A stretch of 64,000 nt of DNA from the NCBI GenBank assembly GCA_002269645.1, contig NIVC01000776.1, forward strand, positions 62,001 through 126,000. The letters run 5' to 3'. The position numbers were made by a program, and so were the translations under genes. The stretch comes from Macrostomum lignano (lineage: Eukaryota). Positions 24,351-37,800 of this stretch are shown here, in pieces (position 1 is the stretch's first letter; the number at the start of each line of letters is the position of its first letter). The notes beneath the pieces are model-generated. The model saw only the letters and a program-made list of their open reading frames with translations, was not told the origin of the DNA and ran no database searches.

Positions 24351-25189
24351 GGCTGCTTCTCTGGCTGGAGGTTGCTGTTGGCTTGGCTCGCAGATGAGCC
24401 GCCGCCGCCGCTCCCGGGAGAAGATTTTTATCCCCTTTCCCTCGCCCTCCCCGCGGCCGGTTGCTATGGTCTCCGGGGCGATGGCGGGGGAAGCAGGCGC
24501 TGCCTGGGGAACCGCGTCGGCGTCCTCCAGCCCGGAGCCATCGTTGATTCGCCTGCCGATAGCGGAAGCCCTGAAATGCATCAATTTTCTCCCCTAGTAG
24601 ATTTGTTCTATTGTTTCACGAGCCTCTGTCAGAGAGCGGCGCCCCTCAGCTCCCCACCGCCCCCCCCCGCCGACGCAGCCTCTCTGGCTTCTGCGTGGCT
24701 CCCAATTTTTGTCTATAATTTTCTTCCCTGGCTCCCTGCTCCCCGCCGCTCTCTGAAGGGGATGCATACGGGCCAGGTAGAATTAGGGGGTCATTGCATG
24801 AGTGCGCGGCAATATTTGCTATTGTTCCTTTTCCTTTGGGGAGGAGTTGCCATGCATGAGCGCGTATTCTCATAAGTGCGCCAATGTGTATTTTTATCCG
24901 CTTCTTGCACAAGAGCGCGCATAGTCAGGCTGGGACAAGCGCGCAAACTTGTCAGTTGGGAAATGTTAATCTGTGTCAGTATTTTCTTTGTAAGTAATTA
25001 TAATAAGGTGCGTCACAAAACCGATAGTTAGAAAGCAATTATAAAAGTCGGGTTGATAAAATGTTTAAAAGGAGTCACCGGTGCTGCTGAGCAGTGCAGC
25101 GTGAAGAACGTTGGAAACAGCTGCTACTGTTGGTGTCAGTTTATAAACAGATAATTATAAGAGTCCGTAGTAACGAGCAGCAGGTAAAA

Positions 25190-26035
25190 AAAAGGTTCGG
25201 GGGGGGGAGCAGCAGACAACGATGGATTTGACGATGCGGGTGAAGAGCCACATCTCAAAGTTGCCGTCGATGAGCGGTTGAGAGATGTCTCTTGAAACAA
25301 TGATACGGAGGGCGTCTCGATGGCGTTCATTGACCCCGATTTGCTGGAACATAGCCTGGATGTCGGACGAGATGGCGAAGCGGTGGGCTCGATGGACTAA
25401 AAGGACTCGGAGTAGAGAGGTCAGCAGGTTTGGTCCAGGCTCTAGAAAATCATTGAGCGTAGCGCCGGCAAGAAAGGTCTTTGCGAACGCGTCGACAACG
25501 GGTCGAATTTTTGTGGTGTTCGAGCTTTCCTTGATGACAGGGAAGTGCGGTAGGACGTGAGGGGCCTGCCCGTTCTCTCACCTGAGGTCGACTCGCTCTA
25601 ATTAGACTCCTTCGACTTTTCGCTTTTCGAACTCTTGTAGGCCTCTCGCTCCGGGAGGCTTAGGCGCCGGTGCGTTGCCTGCGCCTGTCCTAAGGCTTGT
25701 CAGAAGTTTGACGGTTCAGCGCCGGTTTTAAATGGCAGGTCGACCGATATTCGACTGTCCTGTCAGTATCGTGCATGATGGAGTCGAGCAGGCGCTCAGT
25801 GAGTCTGTCGATCGTTCTTGAGGTCAGGCCTTCCAGCATCCTTTTCTACGCTGAGAACTTGGAGGTCCAGGAGTCGGTCGAGCTGGAGCCCTGGAAATCG
25901 AGGAAAGCTTTGGAAATTACCCCTTGCGAGGAGCCAAGGAAGCCCTTGAGACGACAGGCTGTGTATGGTGTCGAGGGAGCCGTTGAGGATGGCCCCGAAG
26001 TTTGTCAGGTAGGCTGTGAGGGTCGGTGGAAGCGC
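25190..26035 (-). mobile_element. Degenerate BEL/Pao LTR-retrotransposon pol fragment (reverse transcriptase N-terminal part)
   Basis: Minus-strand translation LPHFPVIKESSNTTKIRPVVDAFAK...LNDFLEPGPNLL...FAISSDIQAMFQQI...HRDALRII...FTR matches the BEL/Pao RT pattern; stops and frameshifts; no YxDD or LTR visible. Confidence 0.88.
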
Positions 26036-28042
26036 TAGGGCGGGTACTAAAGTACAAAAAATTCAAATGGCAATAAGTTGAGTAGCATTTGAGTTGAGTC
26101 GAATAGTTGAGTTGTGCTACTCAACTTGGCAATAAGTTGAGTATCGCAGTGTGACCAATTAATTGGCAATGAAGTACGTGCATTGAAGTTTCAAATGCAA
26201 ATTGTGTCTATTCATGTGATAAAAAGCTTTTATTTGGGAAGAATACACTAGGCCTGTGTTTGTAAATGTTTATAAACAAGCAAATGAACAATATATACTT
26301 TTTAACAGTCAAACCGAACTTGCATGAATATTAAAGTCACCAAAAAGCATTAAAATATTTAAAGAAACTGAATAAAAAGCGCAGTTACTTGAATTTTTAA
26401 CCAATGTATACTAAAATATATCTTACTTTGTTTACTCAATCATCTAACCGACCAACAAAATCAGCTCAATGAAAATGGAGTCTAAGTCGTACTGCAATTA
26501 AGACGCAAATATTATACGAACCGGTAAAGCGAAATTTGACGGTTTCATTAAAATTATTTACAGTTTTTAACAAAATAAAGTACAATTTTTACATGTGCGC
26601 CCACCGTTGAAAAATTTTCAGAAAATGTTACTTTTATAACACTGTTTTGTCTCTTTTGGTTATTTAAAGAGCGATATTTATGATTCTAACTGTGTTTGCA
26701 TTGTAGGTTACTCGGTTACTTTCAAGGCACAATTTAGCTATCATTTTGAATTTGACAACGGCCCCAAAAATGATAAGTTACAATTGTAAACACAGTTCCT
26801 ACCCAAGGTCCCAAGCAAATTGTTTAAAAAGTATTCTGGTTTACTTCGGTGTCATCTTTAACAGGGACATACTTTAAGTGAATATTCAGTCGTATAATTC
26901 TAAGCTTCTATAAATTAATTTTAAATCGTATATAAAAACTTCAATGTTATGCTACACTACACACTCTGACACTCTGAAACTCAAAGTACTATAGGAAATG
27001 CGGCAGAATCAAGATTCAAATTATATTGTTTGTCAACCCATTTTAGATGTAAGATGTTATATATCAAATTAGACAAAACGATCAGTTTTAGTCAGCCAAT
27101 CCAATTGGCATACGTGTATATCGATTAAAAATAATGCGAACCATTCATATTTATTTAAGTCTTTGAAAATGAAAACACTGTACCCACCATCGATTTTAAA
27201 TGACTATTTTAGTGCATTAATTTTTTAAAGTCTGCTACAGATGCTTTGAAAATTATTTTAATGCTGCTGCTTCTAAAATACTGTTGCCTACGAAAATATG
27301 ATTCATCTTTTATATGTCTTTTGAATTTTTTAATATATTTTTGCCTATGTTTTAGACTAATATTTTATTAATATTTTATTAATCTAATCCTTATTTCTTT
27401 AGAAAACGTGCTAGGAAGTACCTTGAGAAATTATACGTTTTTTGCCAAGGACTACTCAAGCAGAAGAATAGGAAACTGTTTCTTGAAAATTTTTAGGTGA
27501 TAGGTTTACCAAAATATCTATTATGGAGAATGATTTTTTCCATTTTTCAGCACAAAAATGGTAATTGCTTTTGATAGCAGGCAGACCCAATGTTTATCTT
27601 TTGATATGACTTGCCTTTCTTATAACTCAGTTGATTTTTGCAGAGCTTTTCGTTTAAGAAAATTAGGATTCTAATTTTCTGAAATCAATGACATGATACC
27701 TACCTAGATGTATACCGACAGCTCGTTTTGAGTATAGTGAATGCTATTTTATATCCTATGTACAAGTCCTGAGCCTAAAAATCATATAAGTGGCAGAGCT
27801 CGACTCATTGGTTTTATTAATCTTTTTATCATGCTAAATGATTTTAACTACAATCTTGAGAGCAATCAGACAAATGAACAATATTGACTTAGGCTAGGCT
27901 TGTTTCGTAAATACGACCTAATATAATTAAAGACTTTTATTATACTTCAATGAAGACTCGCTACTGATTGTAAAGACTATAAAATCATTACTTATTATTA
28001 GCTAAGCATGACAGAAAGATTCATAAAACGAATGAGTCGAGC

Positions 28043-28372
28043 CAGGGGCGTCGCCACCGGGAGGGGGACAGTGGGGAAGCGTCCCCCCAGTAAAAGTTAT
28101 GAGGGACATGTCAATACTTTGTAACCCCACCCCACCTTTGTGACCCCGTTATGGAAATCAATAATTTTGCTTCAGGGCGACAAAACATAGTGCCTGCGGC
28201 ACTTATAAATGAGTGCCTGCGGCGCCAAAATGAGTGCATGCGGCGCCAAAATGAGTGCCTGCGGCGCCAAAAAAATGAAAAATGATCGCTAAAAACGCCG
28301 ATTCTGAAAATAATTTACATGTAGAATTCATGGCTATTTCTCACCACCATAGGTTCCATGGCGACACCCCTG
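28043..28372. mobile_element. hAT-type MITE (about 330 bp)
   Basis: TIR CAGGGGCGTCGCCA / TGGCGACACCCCTG (1 mismatch); degenerate 8-bp TSD AGTCGAGC / AGTCGGGG; internal triplicated ATGAGTGCCTGCGGCGCCAAA. Confidence 0.7.
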
Positions 28373-28842
28373 AGTCGGGGCTGTGCCACTTTTATGATTT
28401 TTAGGCACAGGACATGTACGTAGGATAGAAAATTAACGCAGAATCTTAATTTTCTAGACAAAAGATCAAGGGGGCTTTAAGAAATGCAAGTAATACGAGC
28501 AAGTAATGCCAGTAATGCAAGTAAAAATGAATACCTGTAATGTCTTTTTGGTAAAAACTGCCTCCCAAATATTCCAATAATTAGTGCTTGATTTGTACTT
28601 TTTCTTAATTGACACGATGCAGTTTTGTTAGATTTTGTTTTAAACTGTCTCTTATTTCTTAAACTGTTAACACACCTGATTGGTGCAAGCTTATAAACTA
28701 AGTGTTGGCTTCAGAAATGATACTGCTATGAAAGATTTGTCATCAGTTGTTTTTCAATGATTTGTTTCGCACGTCTTATAAGACTCCGCAGTGGGCATCG
28801 CACGCCTCTTTCCAGACGCATTCAGCGGCACCAGTCAGCTAA

Positions 28843-31800
28843 ATGGATGGGGAGAATATTGACCTATCTGGCTATCGGCAGCACATCCGGGTGCAGCCGG
28901 TGGGACCCGACTACGTCGATCAACCCGGCCCCGACAGGTGACGCAAAATGGGTGGCTTTGGTACTCCAACAGGGTGGCAGCCTCGTAGCTATATGAACTT
29001 TAGCTCATGGTAACTGCTGCAGCACTGACTCCGGGTTCACAAAACTCCTGTCGCATCTTTACCACCGCAGGTTGGAGAAAGATCGAACAACGGAAGAAGA
29101 CGGCAGCGTCGCCAACAAAGACCGGAAACGGGAACGGAAGCACAAGCACCGGAAGCACCGGCACCGGAGCCGACGGAGCCGCGACTTCGAAGAGGAGTCC
29201 GGCGCAGGCGCGGACGCGAGCGAAGCCGACACGGTGCGGCTCAGCGCCGCTGCGGCCGACAACGCGGCGTTTAGCGGCGGGGCGGCCGCAAAAGAGGCCG
29301 GCGCCGCCAGCTCCGATGGCCGTCAGTACGAGTCCCAGCACCAGCCGAGTCCCCGGCGCCAGCAGCATCCGCAGAATCAGCAATTCGGAGCCACAGTTGC
29401 GCCCGTCAAAGAGCCTTCAAGCCAACTGACAAGCCGAAGTAACCGGGTGAGGCGCCAGTGCTTCTTAGGAAAAACGGTGCCCTCCCGATAGTGTTTGCAT
29501 GCGAAAACTGGGCCTCCTTTAAACACTTCACAGGAGAAACGAGAGCATTCTGTATAGAGTCTGTAGAATTCAGCCTGTTGGAGACTTTGGATATTAGCAA
29601 ATTTAAATCGGTGCCGAAATTCACTTAAGCATGCGAATGCACTGCTGACGGACATGTGCTACTATGGGAACCAACCTCTCCTCCTCCGGAATTCCAGCGG
29701 GCACATTTGAAACTTAGAGAACCTTCATTTTCTTCTGTACACAGTAAGCTGTTAATCACACAAGCCTGTCGCGCGCACCTGGGATCTCTGCCTTGTGATC
29801 TGCTCGCGGATCCCCACCTCAACCCAAAGGCTCGCTGAGCTAAGCTTCGCTGACCGGGCCGCACGGGTCAGAGGGATGGGTGCGAGCGAACACACGTTGG
29901 GGGAAGAGTGAGGAAATGCAGTTTTCGTCCTAGTCCTTCCCTCTACCTCCCCCCCCCCCCGGTTCTTCGTCGATAAGATCCAGCGAGATTCCGCCTCGCT
30001 TTTAGCTTTCTATTTTGAACCCCGTGCAATCTTCCAATACCGGCCCAGTTCACTCCCCAGTTCACTCCCCAGTTCACTCCCCAGTTCACTCCCCAGTTCA
30101 CTCTCGTGAATGTCCCTGGACGATGACGGCCTTTCACTGCAGGGCGAGCCGCAGCTCCAGCAGACGCAACAGACGCTGCACGACTTTGCCAAGCAGAACA
30201 TCAGCATGCGGCTCTGCAAGCAGTACATACCCAACCCGGCTGAGTGAGTCCGCTGCTTTTCAAACTTTATCTCATTTCTCATTCCGTGGATCCTGGCATG
30301 AATATTCTGTCTTCTGTCTTAAACTGTACATCTCTAGCTTCGTGATTTGACAGCGTTTGTCCCAATGCACGAGTTTGCTTGCACTGTAGAATGCACACAC
30401 TCACGCAGTTCTGAATCACACCTCTGATTTTCATGCACTGTAGACAGACTCCGCCTACACAGTCACGCAGTTTAGATTTACACCTCTGATTTTCAGGACT
30501 CCTCCAGGCTGGTGAGCGGCGCTTTTAAAAAAACCAATAAATTAACTGTTGCTTAATAATCGCGAAACAATTTTTTCTTAACCCTTCGTTTGAGTAATCG
30601 GGAATCTTAGGCTAGCGATATGGCTGGTTCCACGACAATTTCCTGCAGTGACAAATAATCTGCAGTGACAACTGCCTGCAGTTACAACTGCCTGCAGTGA
30701 CAACTGCCTACAGTGACAACAGCCTGCAGTGACAACTGCCCAACAGTCACAATTTACAATAACCAAGTTAAACGTACAAAACTTTACTATCAGTTTCACA
30801 AGCGCACATGTACGCCATCAATCGATTGCTTGAGTCGAAAGGTCAGAGACAGTTTAGTGTTTCCAGTTAGACAACATGGGTGGATTTTGCTGTCATATTT
30901 GGTGGAGCAAGCTCAAAATTTTTGTGCTAACAATACTGCTAGAGCGGTCGCTTTTGCAACGGGACTTGTGTAAATAAAGCAATCTGCGGCAGATTGAGCT
31001 GCGAGTTGGTGCTCGTGGGAACTCAGCCGCACCCCCGCCCGCTAAGCAGCGGAGAGGCGGCACAGCAACACAGAAAGCTGCTGCTGTATACTCTGGGAAA
31101 GCTAGGGGAAGAGACATACTTGAGTTAAGAATTGCAGTACGTCATAGAAACAGAGGTCGAGGTGTGTGTGTGTGTGTGTGCGTGTGTCCAGTCTGTGTCC
31201 AAAAGTGAGATTCGAACTCAGGACACATTCTTATAGTCACTACTCATCATCAGTTGGTTTTGCCTTTCCAAATTCGAATGCGTTGCGTCAGGGTGGCCCG
31301 AAAGCCCTCCTGAGAATATTAAGCTATCTCTCATCCGTACATGTAGAAATACGTAATAGTATTGTGTGTACGAGGACCACTAGAAGTTACCGTTGTACCT
31401 TCTAGTGGTCCTCGAGTGTGCACTGACTGGCTTCTTAACCTGTGTTTCGCTTCTTTTTTGAGAGACAGAGAATAATGGAGCATTTAAGCCTATAGCAACG
31501 ACCGAAGAGTTTATCGCTTTAATTGTGTCGTTATCTCAGCTCGCTAATCTGGTGTTGAAAAGGTGTGCCGGTCAGATGCCCGCTGCTGTGAATCTGTGAT
31601 CAGTCTTGCAATTGATGACTAACACCAGCACCAACAAGTGCAGTTGAACTCGAGATCTGTTTATGAGTGGCTAAGATTGCCCCCTCCTTTCAAAACCCCG
31701 AACACAGCGAGGAAATTTGCCACTGCAACCGGCCGCCCCAGTGGCACCGGGAGCAGGGCATCCCGGTGCAGCAGTCGGAGCAGCAGGCAAAGGTGAAGTG

Positions 31801-34800
31801 GCGCACCGAGACCTGCGCCCGGGTGCTGCCGACCAACGCCTTCGGCCGGATGAAGCTGCAGGGATTCGGCAGGCTGGGAGTAACGCACAAACCGTTTGTG
31901 AGTTGAGCTGAGCAGGGAGGGGGCGGCATTAGCGTAGCTTTTATTCTTTTCTTAATGATCTCTTTACACCTGTAGTTTCCTTTCGAGTGGTGGGTGTGTG
32001 AAGTGGTGTCTTTGTGGGTGTGCCTGTGGTGTCATTGTGGGTGTGCCTGTGGTGTCTTTGTGGGTGTGCCTGTAGTGTCTGTGGGTGTGCCTGTGGTGTC
32101 TTTGTGGGTGTGCCTGTGGTGTCTTTGTGGGTGTGCCTGTGGTGTCTTTGTGAGTGTGCCTGTAGCGTCTTTGTGGGTGCGCCTGTGGTGTCATTGTGGG
32201 TGTGCCTGTGGTGTCATTGTGGGTGTGCCTGTGGTGTCTTTGTGAGTGTGCCTGTAGTGTCTTTGTGGGTGCGCCTGTGGTGTCATTGTGGGTGTGCCTG
32301 TGGTGTCATTGTGGGTGTGCCTGTGGTGTCTTTGTGGGTGTGCCTGTGGTGTCATTGTGGGTGTGCCTGTGGTGTCATTGTGGGTGTGCCTGTGGTGTCA
32401 TTGTGGGTGTGCCTGTGGTGTCATTGTGGGTGTGCCTGTGGTGTCATTGTGGGTGTGCCTGTGGTGTCATTGTGGGTGTGCCTGTGGTGTCTTTGTGAGT
32501 GTGCCTGTGGTGTCTTTGTGGGTGTGCCTGTAGTGTCTGTGGGTGTGCCTGTGGTGTCTTTGTGGGTGTGCCTGTAGTGTCTGTGGGTGTGCCTGTGGTG
32601 TCTTTGTGGGTGTGCCTGTGGTGTCATTGTGGGTGTGCCTGTGGTGTCTTTGTGGGTGTGCCTGTAGTGTCTGTGGGTGTGCCTATAGTGTCTGTGGGTG
32701 TGCCTATAGTGTCTTTGTGGGTGTGCCTATAGTGTCTGTGGGTGTGCCTGTGGTGTCTTTGTGAGTGTGTCTGTGGTGTCTTTGTGGGTGTGCCTGTGGT
32801 GTCATTGTGGGTGTGCCTGTGGTGTCATTGTGGGTGTGCCTGTGGTGTCATTGTGGGTGTGTCTATGGTGTCTTTTGTGAGTGTGCCTGTGGTGTCTTTG
32901 TGGGTGCGCCTGTAGTGTCTTTGTGGGTGCGCCTGTGGTGTCATTGTGGGTGTGACTGTGGTGTCTTTGTGGGTGTGCTTGTGGTGTCATTGTGGGTGTG
33001 CCTGTGGTGTCTGTGGGTGTGCCTATAGTGTCTTTGTGAGTGTGCCTGTGGTGTCTTTGTGGGTGCGCCTGTAGTGTCTTTGTGGGTGCGCCTGTGGTGT
33101 CATTGTGGGTGTGACTGTGGTGTCTTTGTGGGTGTGCTTGTGGTGTCATTGTGGGTGTGCCTGTGGTGTCATTGTGGGTGTGCCTGTGGTGTCTTTGTGG
33201 GTGTGCCTATGGTGTCATTGTGGGTGTGTCTGTGGTGTCATTGTGGGTGTGCCTGTGGTGTCATTGTGGGTGTGCCTATGGTGTCATTGTGGGTGTGTCT
33301 GTGGTGTCATTGTGGGTGTGCCTGTGGTGTCATTGTGGGTGTGCCTGTGGTGTCATTGTGGGTGTGCCTGTGGTGTCATTGTGGGTGTGCCTGTGGTGTC
33401 ATTGTGGGTGTGCCTGTGGTGTCATTGTGGGTGTGCCTGTGGTGTCTTTGTGGGTGTGCCTGTGGTGTCTTTGTGAGTGTGCCTGTGGTGTCTTTGTGGG
33501 TGTGCCTGTAGTGTCTGTGGGTGTGCCTGTAGTGTCTGTGGGTGTGCCTGTGGTGTCATTGTGGGTGTGCCTGTGATGTCCTACAGCTTACTGATGAGTA
33601 ATTTCGATACATATCGGCAGTACATTCGAATCGACTCGGAAACGCGAGACTTCGAGGCGCTCTGGGAGCTGATGACGAGCCCGATGTACTGGGCCCTGCC
33701 GCTGCCCGATCTCGTGCTGTCCGTCAACGGCGGCGCCAAGAAGATGGAGAAAATGTCGGCAAAGTTGCTGAAAAAGTCAAACAGGGACTCACCAATGTGG
33801 CCAGCGGAGTGAAGAGTGAGTTACAACCGTCATGAGCAGTTAAAGTCATATTAAGTACTTTGGTCAACTGAGTGGCAACTCACGCCCATGAGGGCCTTAC
33901 ATATACAAAGAGAAAATCAGGGCCGTTGTGCACCCCATGTGGGTGTATAGCCAAGGACTTCACGAATACATGAGTTCCCTTGCGCCCACGCACAGCCACG
34001 TGGATCCTGTTCACGAATACATGAGTTCCCTTGCGCCCACGCACAGCCACGTGGATCCTGTTCACGAATACATGAGTTCCCTTGCGCCCACGCACAGCCA
34101 CGTGGATCCTGTTCACGAATACATGAGTTCCCTTGCGCCCACGCACAGCCACGTGGATCCTGTTCACGAATACATGAGTTCCCTTGCGCCCACGCACAGC
34201 CACGTGGATCCTGTTCACGAATACATGAGTTCCCTTGCGCCCACGCACAGCCACGTGGATCCTGTTCACGAATACATGAGTTCCCTTGCGCCCACGCACA
34301 GCCACGTGGATCCTGTTCACGAATACATGAGTTCCCTTGCGCCCACGCACAGCCACGTGGATCCTGTTCACGAATACATGAGTTCCCTTGCGCCCACGCA
34401 CAGCCACGTGGATCCTGTTCACGAATACATGAGTTCCCTTGCGCCCACGCACAGCCACGTGGATCCTGTTCACGAATACATGAGTTCCCTTGCGCCCACG
34501 CACAGCCACGTGGATCCTGACTCCCGGCTTCAACCTGGGCTGCAGCCAACTGGTAGGCCAGGCCATCCAGGAGTACAACTTTGCTGGCGGTGCACAGCAG
34601 ATCTGGGTGATCGGCCTCTGCTCCTGGGGCGCCGTGTACAACCGGGAGTGCCTGGAGATCGACAGCACGAATGTGAGCACCACTTTGTTAGGGATAGGAA
34701 TTCAGAGAGTTTATGATCCACATTGCTAGGGATAGTAATTCAGAGAGTTTATGATCCACATTGCTAGGGATAGGAATTCAGAGAGTTTATGATCCACATT

Positions 34801-37800
34801 GCTAGGGATAGTAATTCAGAGAGTTTATGATCCACATAGCTAGGGATAGGAATTCAGAGAGTTTATGATCCACATTGCTAGGGATAGTAATTCAGAGAGT
34901 TTATGATCCACATTGCTAGGGATAGTAATTCAGAGAGTTTATGATCCACATTGCTAGGGATAGTAATTCAAAGAGTTTATGATCCACATTGCTAGGGATA
35001 GTAATTCAGAGAGTTTATGATCCACATTGCTAGGGATAGTAATTCAGAGAGTTTATGATCCACATTGCTAGGGATAGTAATTCAGAGAGTTTATGATCCA
35101 CATTGCTAGGGATAGTAATTCAGAGAGTTTATGATCCACATTGCTAGGGATAGTAATTCAGAGAGTTTATGATCCACATTGCTAGGGATAGGAGTTCAGA
35201 GAGTTTATGATCCACATTGCTAGGGATAGGAATTCAGAGAGTTTATGATCCACATTGCTAGGGATAGGAGTTCAGAGAGTTTATGATCCACATTGCTAGG
35301 GATAGGAGTTCAGAGAGTTTATGATCCACATTGCTAGGGATAGGAGTTCAGAGAGTTTATGATCCACATTTCTAGGGATAGTAATTCAGAGAGTTTATGA
35401 TCCACATTGCTAGGGATAGGAATTCAGAGAGTTTATGATCCACATTGCTAGGGATAGGAGTTCAGAGAGTTTATGATCCAGGAATTCAGAGAGTTTATGA
35501 TCCACATTGCTAGGGATAGGAGTTCAGAGAGTTTATGATCCAGGAATTCAGAGAGTTTATGATCCACATTGCTAGGGAGACGAATCAGAGAGTTTATGAT
35601 CCACATTGCTAGGGATAGGAGTTCAGAGAGTTTATGATCCACATTGCTAGGGATAGGAGTTCAGAGAGTTTATGATCCACTTTGTTAGGGATAGGAATTC
35701 AGAGAGTTTATGATCCACTTTGCTAGGGATAGGAGTTCAGAGAGTTTATGATCCAGGAATTCAGAGAGTTTATGATCCAGGAGTTCAGAGAGTTTATGAT
35801 CCAGGAGTTCAGAGAGTTTATGATCCAGGAGTTCAGAGAGTTTATGATCCAGGAGTTCAGAGAGTTTATGATCCAGGAGTTCAGAGAGTTTATGATCCAG
35901 GAGTTCAGAGAGTTTATGATCCAGGAGTTCAGAGAGTTTATGATCCAGGAGTTCAGAGAGTTTATGATCCAGGAGTTCAGAGAGTTTATGATCCAGGAGT
36001 TCAGAGAGTTTATGATCCAGGAGTTCAGAGAGTTTATGATCCAGGAGTTCAGAGAGTTTATGATCCAGGAGTTCAGAGAGTTTATGATCCAGGAGTTCAG
36101 AGAGTTTATGATCCAGGAGTTCAGAGAGTTTATGATCCAGGAGTTCAGAGAGTTTATGATCCAGGAGTTCAGAGAGTTTATGATCCAGGAGTTCAGAGAG
36201 TTTATGATCCTTTTTGGACAGCGCAGGTTGGAAGAGCTCTGGCCGCCATCAGCACTACAGTATGGCATTAATCTTTCCAGTCAGGCCAAACAAATTCATA
36301 CACGTCATATTTCTTTTCATATTTAATAGTTGCCATAGAAACACGGATGTATCGCAACATACATTCGAATGTATTCACATAAGGAGTCCGATTGTATGAA
36401 ATCCTATGATATTCTTTTGAGTTTTATGAACTTCAGTGCCATAGGATTGACATAAAAGAAATTCTATTCAGACAATGATCAGTTATGGTCACGATAATGA
36501 ATGAATCATTTTTATGGTAAATATTAGGTAGCTCGCAGTGTCTATGGTTTAACTCCAACACCATGGACACAATCTACTATTGTCAGACTCATTCGACCAC
36601 AATCTCATCTGCATCAACTCCGCTGCTTTTAGACCGCGAGATACTACTCATACACAGTAAGCAGTCATACGAATGACAAATTGAGAGCCTCAGTAGCCAT
36701 TATGAGCACTGCATGATTTCGGCACTAGCAGTACACAACGTGTTGTGCTTCTTCAATCATTAAATTTGCTTTCCTAGACATCAGTCTCCCTGCCCGGTAG
36801 CACAGAAGTTGCAGCATGGAATTATAGAACCGCATCACGAGTGTTCAATAGTGCTTCGAATGCAAAGTTTGTCCACGCACTTTTTTGATCGCAATGCCGA
36901 AACTTCTTAATTTAATCACCGTTGCATTCGTTTGATTTTGTTGTTGTCTGCTTAGCAGATTTTTGCAGATGTTTGCTTGTTTATTGCAACTCTTTTTTTA
37001 AAGTTCAGTTAAGTAATTCCGGTGGTAAATTATCATAGCATTTGCCATGCTCAGTTATGGTAGAACACGGACATCCAAGACTGCAAACCTATAGAATGAA
37101 GACCGGTTTGGCCATAGACAACGCGCAGATTTCCCCTGAGAGACAAGCCAGCCTGGGACAGGACATCCTTGTTGGACTGAACTGAAGTCGCTGCTCATGA
37201 GTTTCGCTGGCTCTCAGTCGAGTGTCTCGGGCGGAAACCTGCGTGTTGTCTATGGCCCAACCTGTCTTTACTTTTTGATAGTTCTACGGGCGGAAAATGG
37301 TTTGATATTCCCCCTACTGTTAAAGGCTTCGAAGTGAGCGATCGACATAAACTTTTCGGCCTTTTTGGTTTGAAGTCAGCGATGGCTCGTAAAAGCAGCA
37401 GCATGCAGCCGCTCGGAATTTTCCATTAGTAGTCTATAAATAGCTCCACACCCCGGGAAATCCCCCCGCCCATCGCAGAGCAAAGCGGAGCGAATCGACA
37501 CTGTCGAGTACGCAAACTGCACGGAGAATCCCGGCCGTGGCCAGGCCGCTATCGAGCCGAACCACACGCACTTCATCTTCTGCGACAACGGCACTGTGCG
37601 CTATTTCGGCACTGAGATGGAGTTCAGGGCGGATTTTGAGCAGTACATTGTCAACAAGCTGAAGTCGCTGGTTAAAAACAAGGAGAACGCCTTCAACCCG
37701 CCCGTGGTGCAGCTTGTCATCGAGGGCGGAAAGAAGGCCGTGCTGATGGCCGGTAAGCAATTTCTCAAAATGAAATGGCGCATCCTCAAAATGAAATGGC

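Noticed and set aside
33961-36209. Regular 51-, 38- and 24-bp arrays as possible CRISPR arrays
   Set aside because: No unique spacers, no cas genes, and a eukaryotic intronic context; these are head-to-tail tandem repeats.
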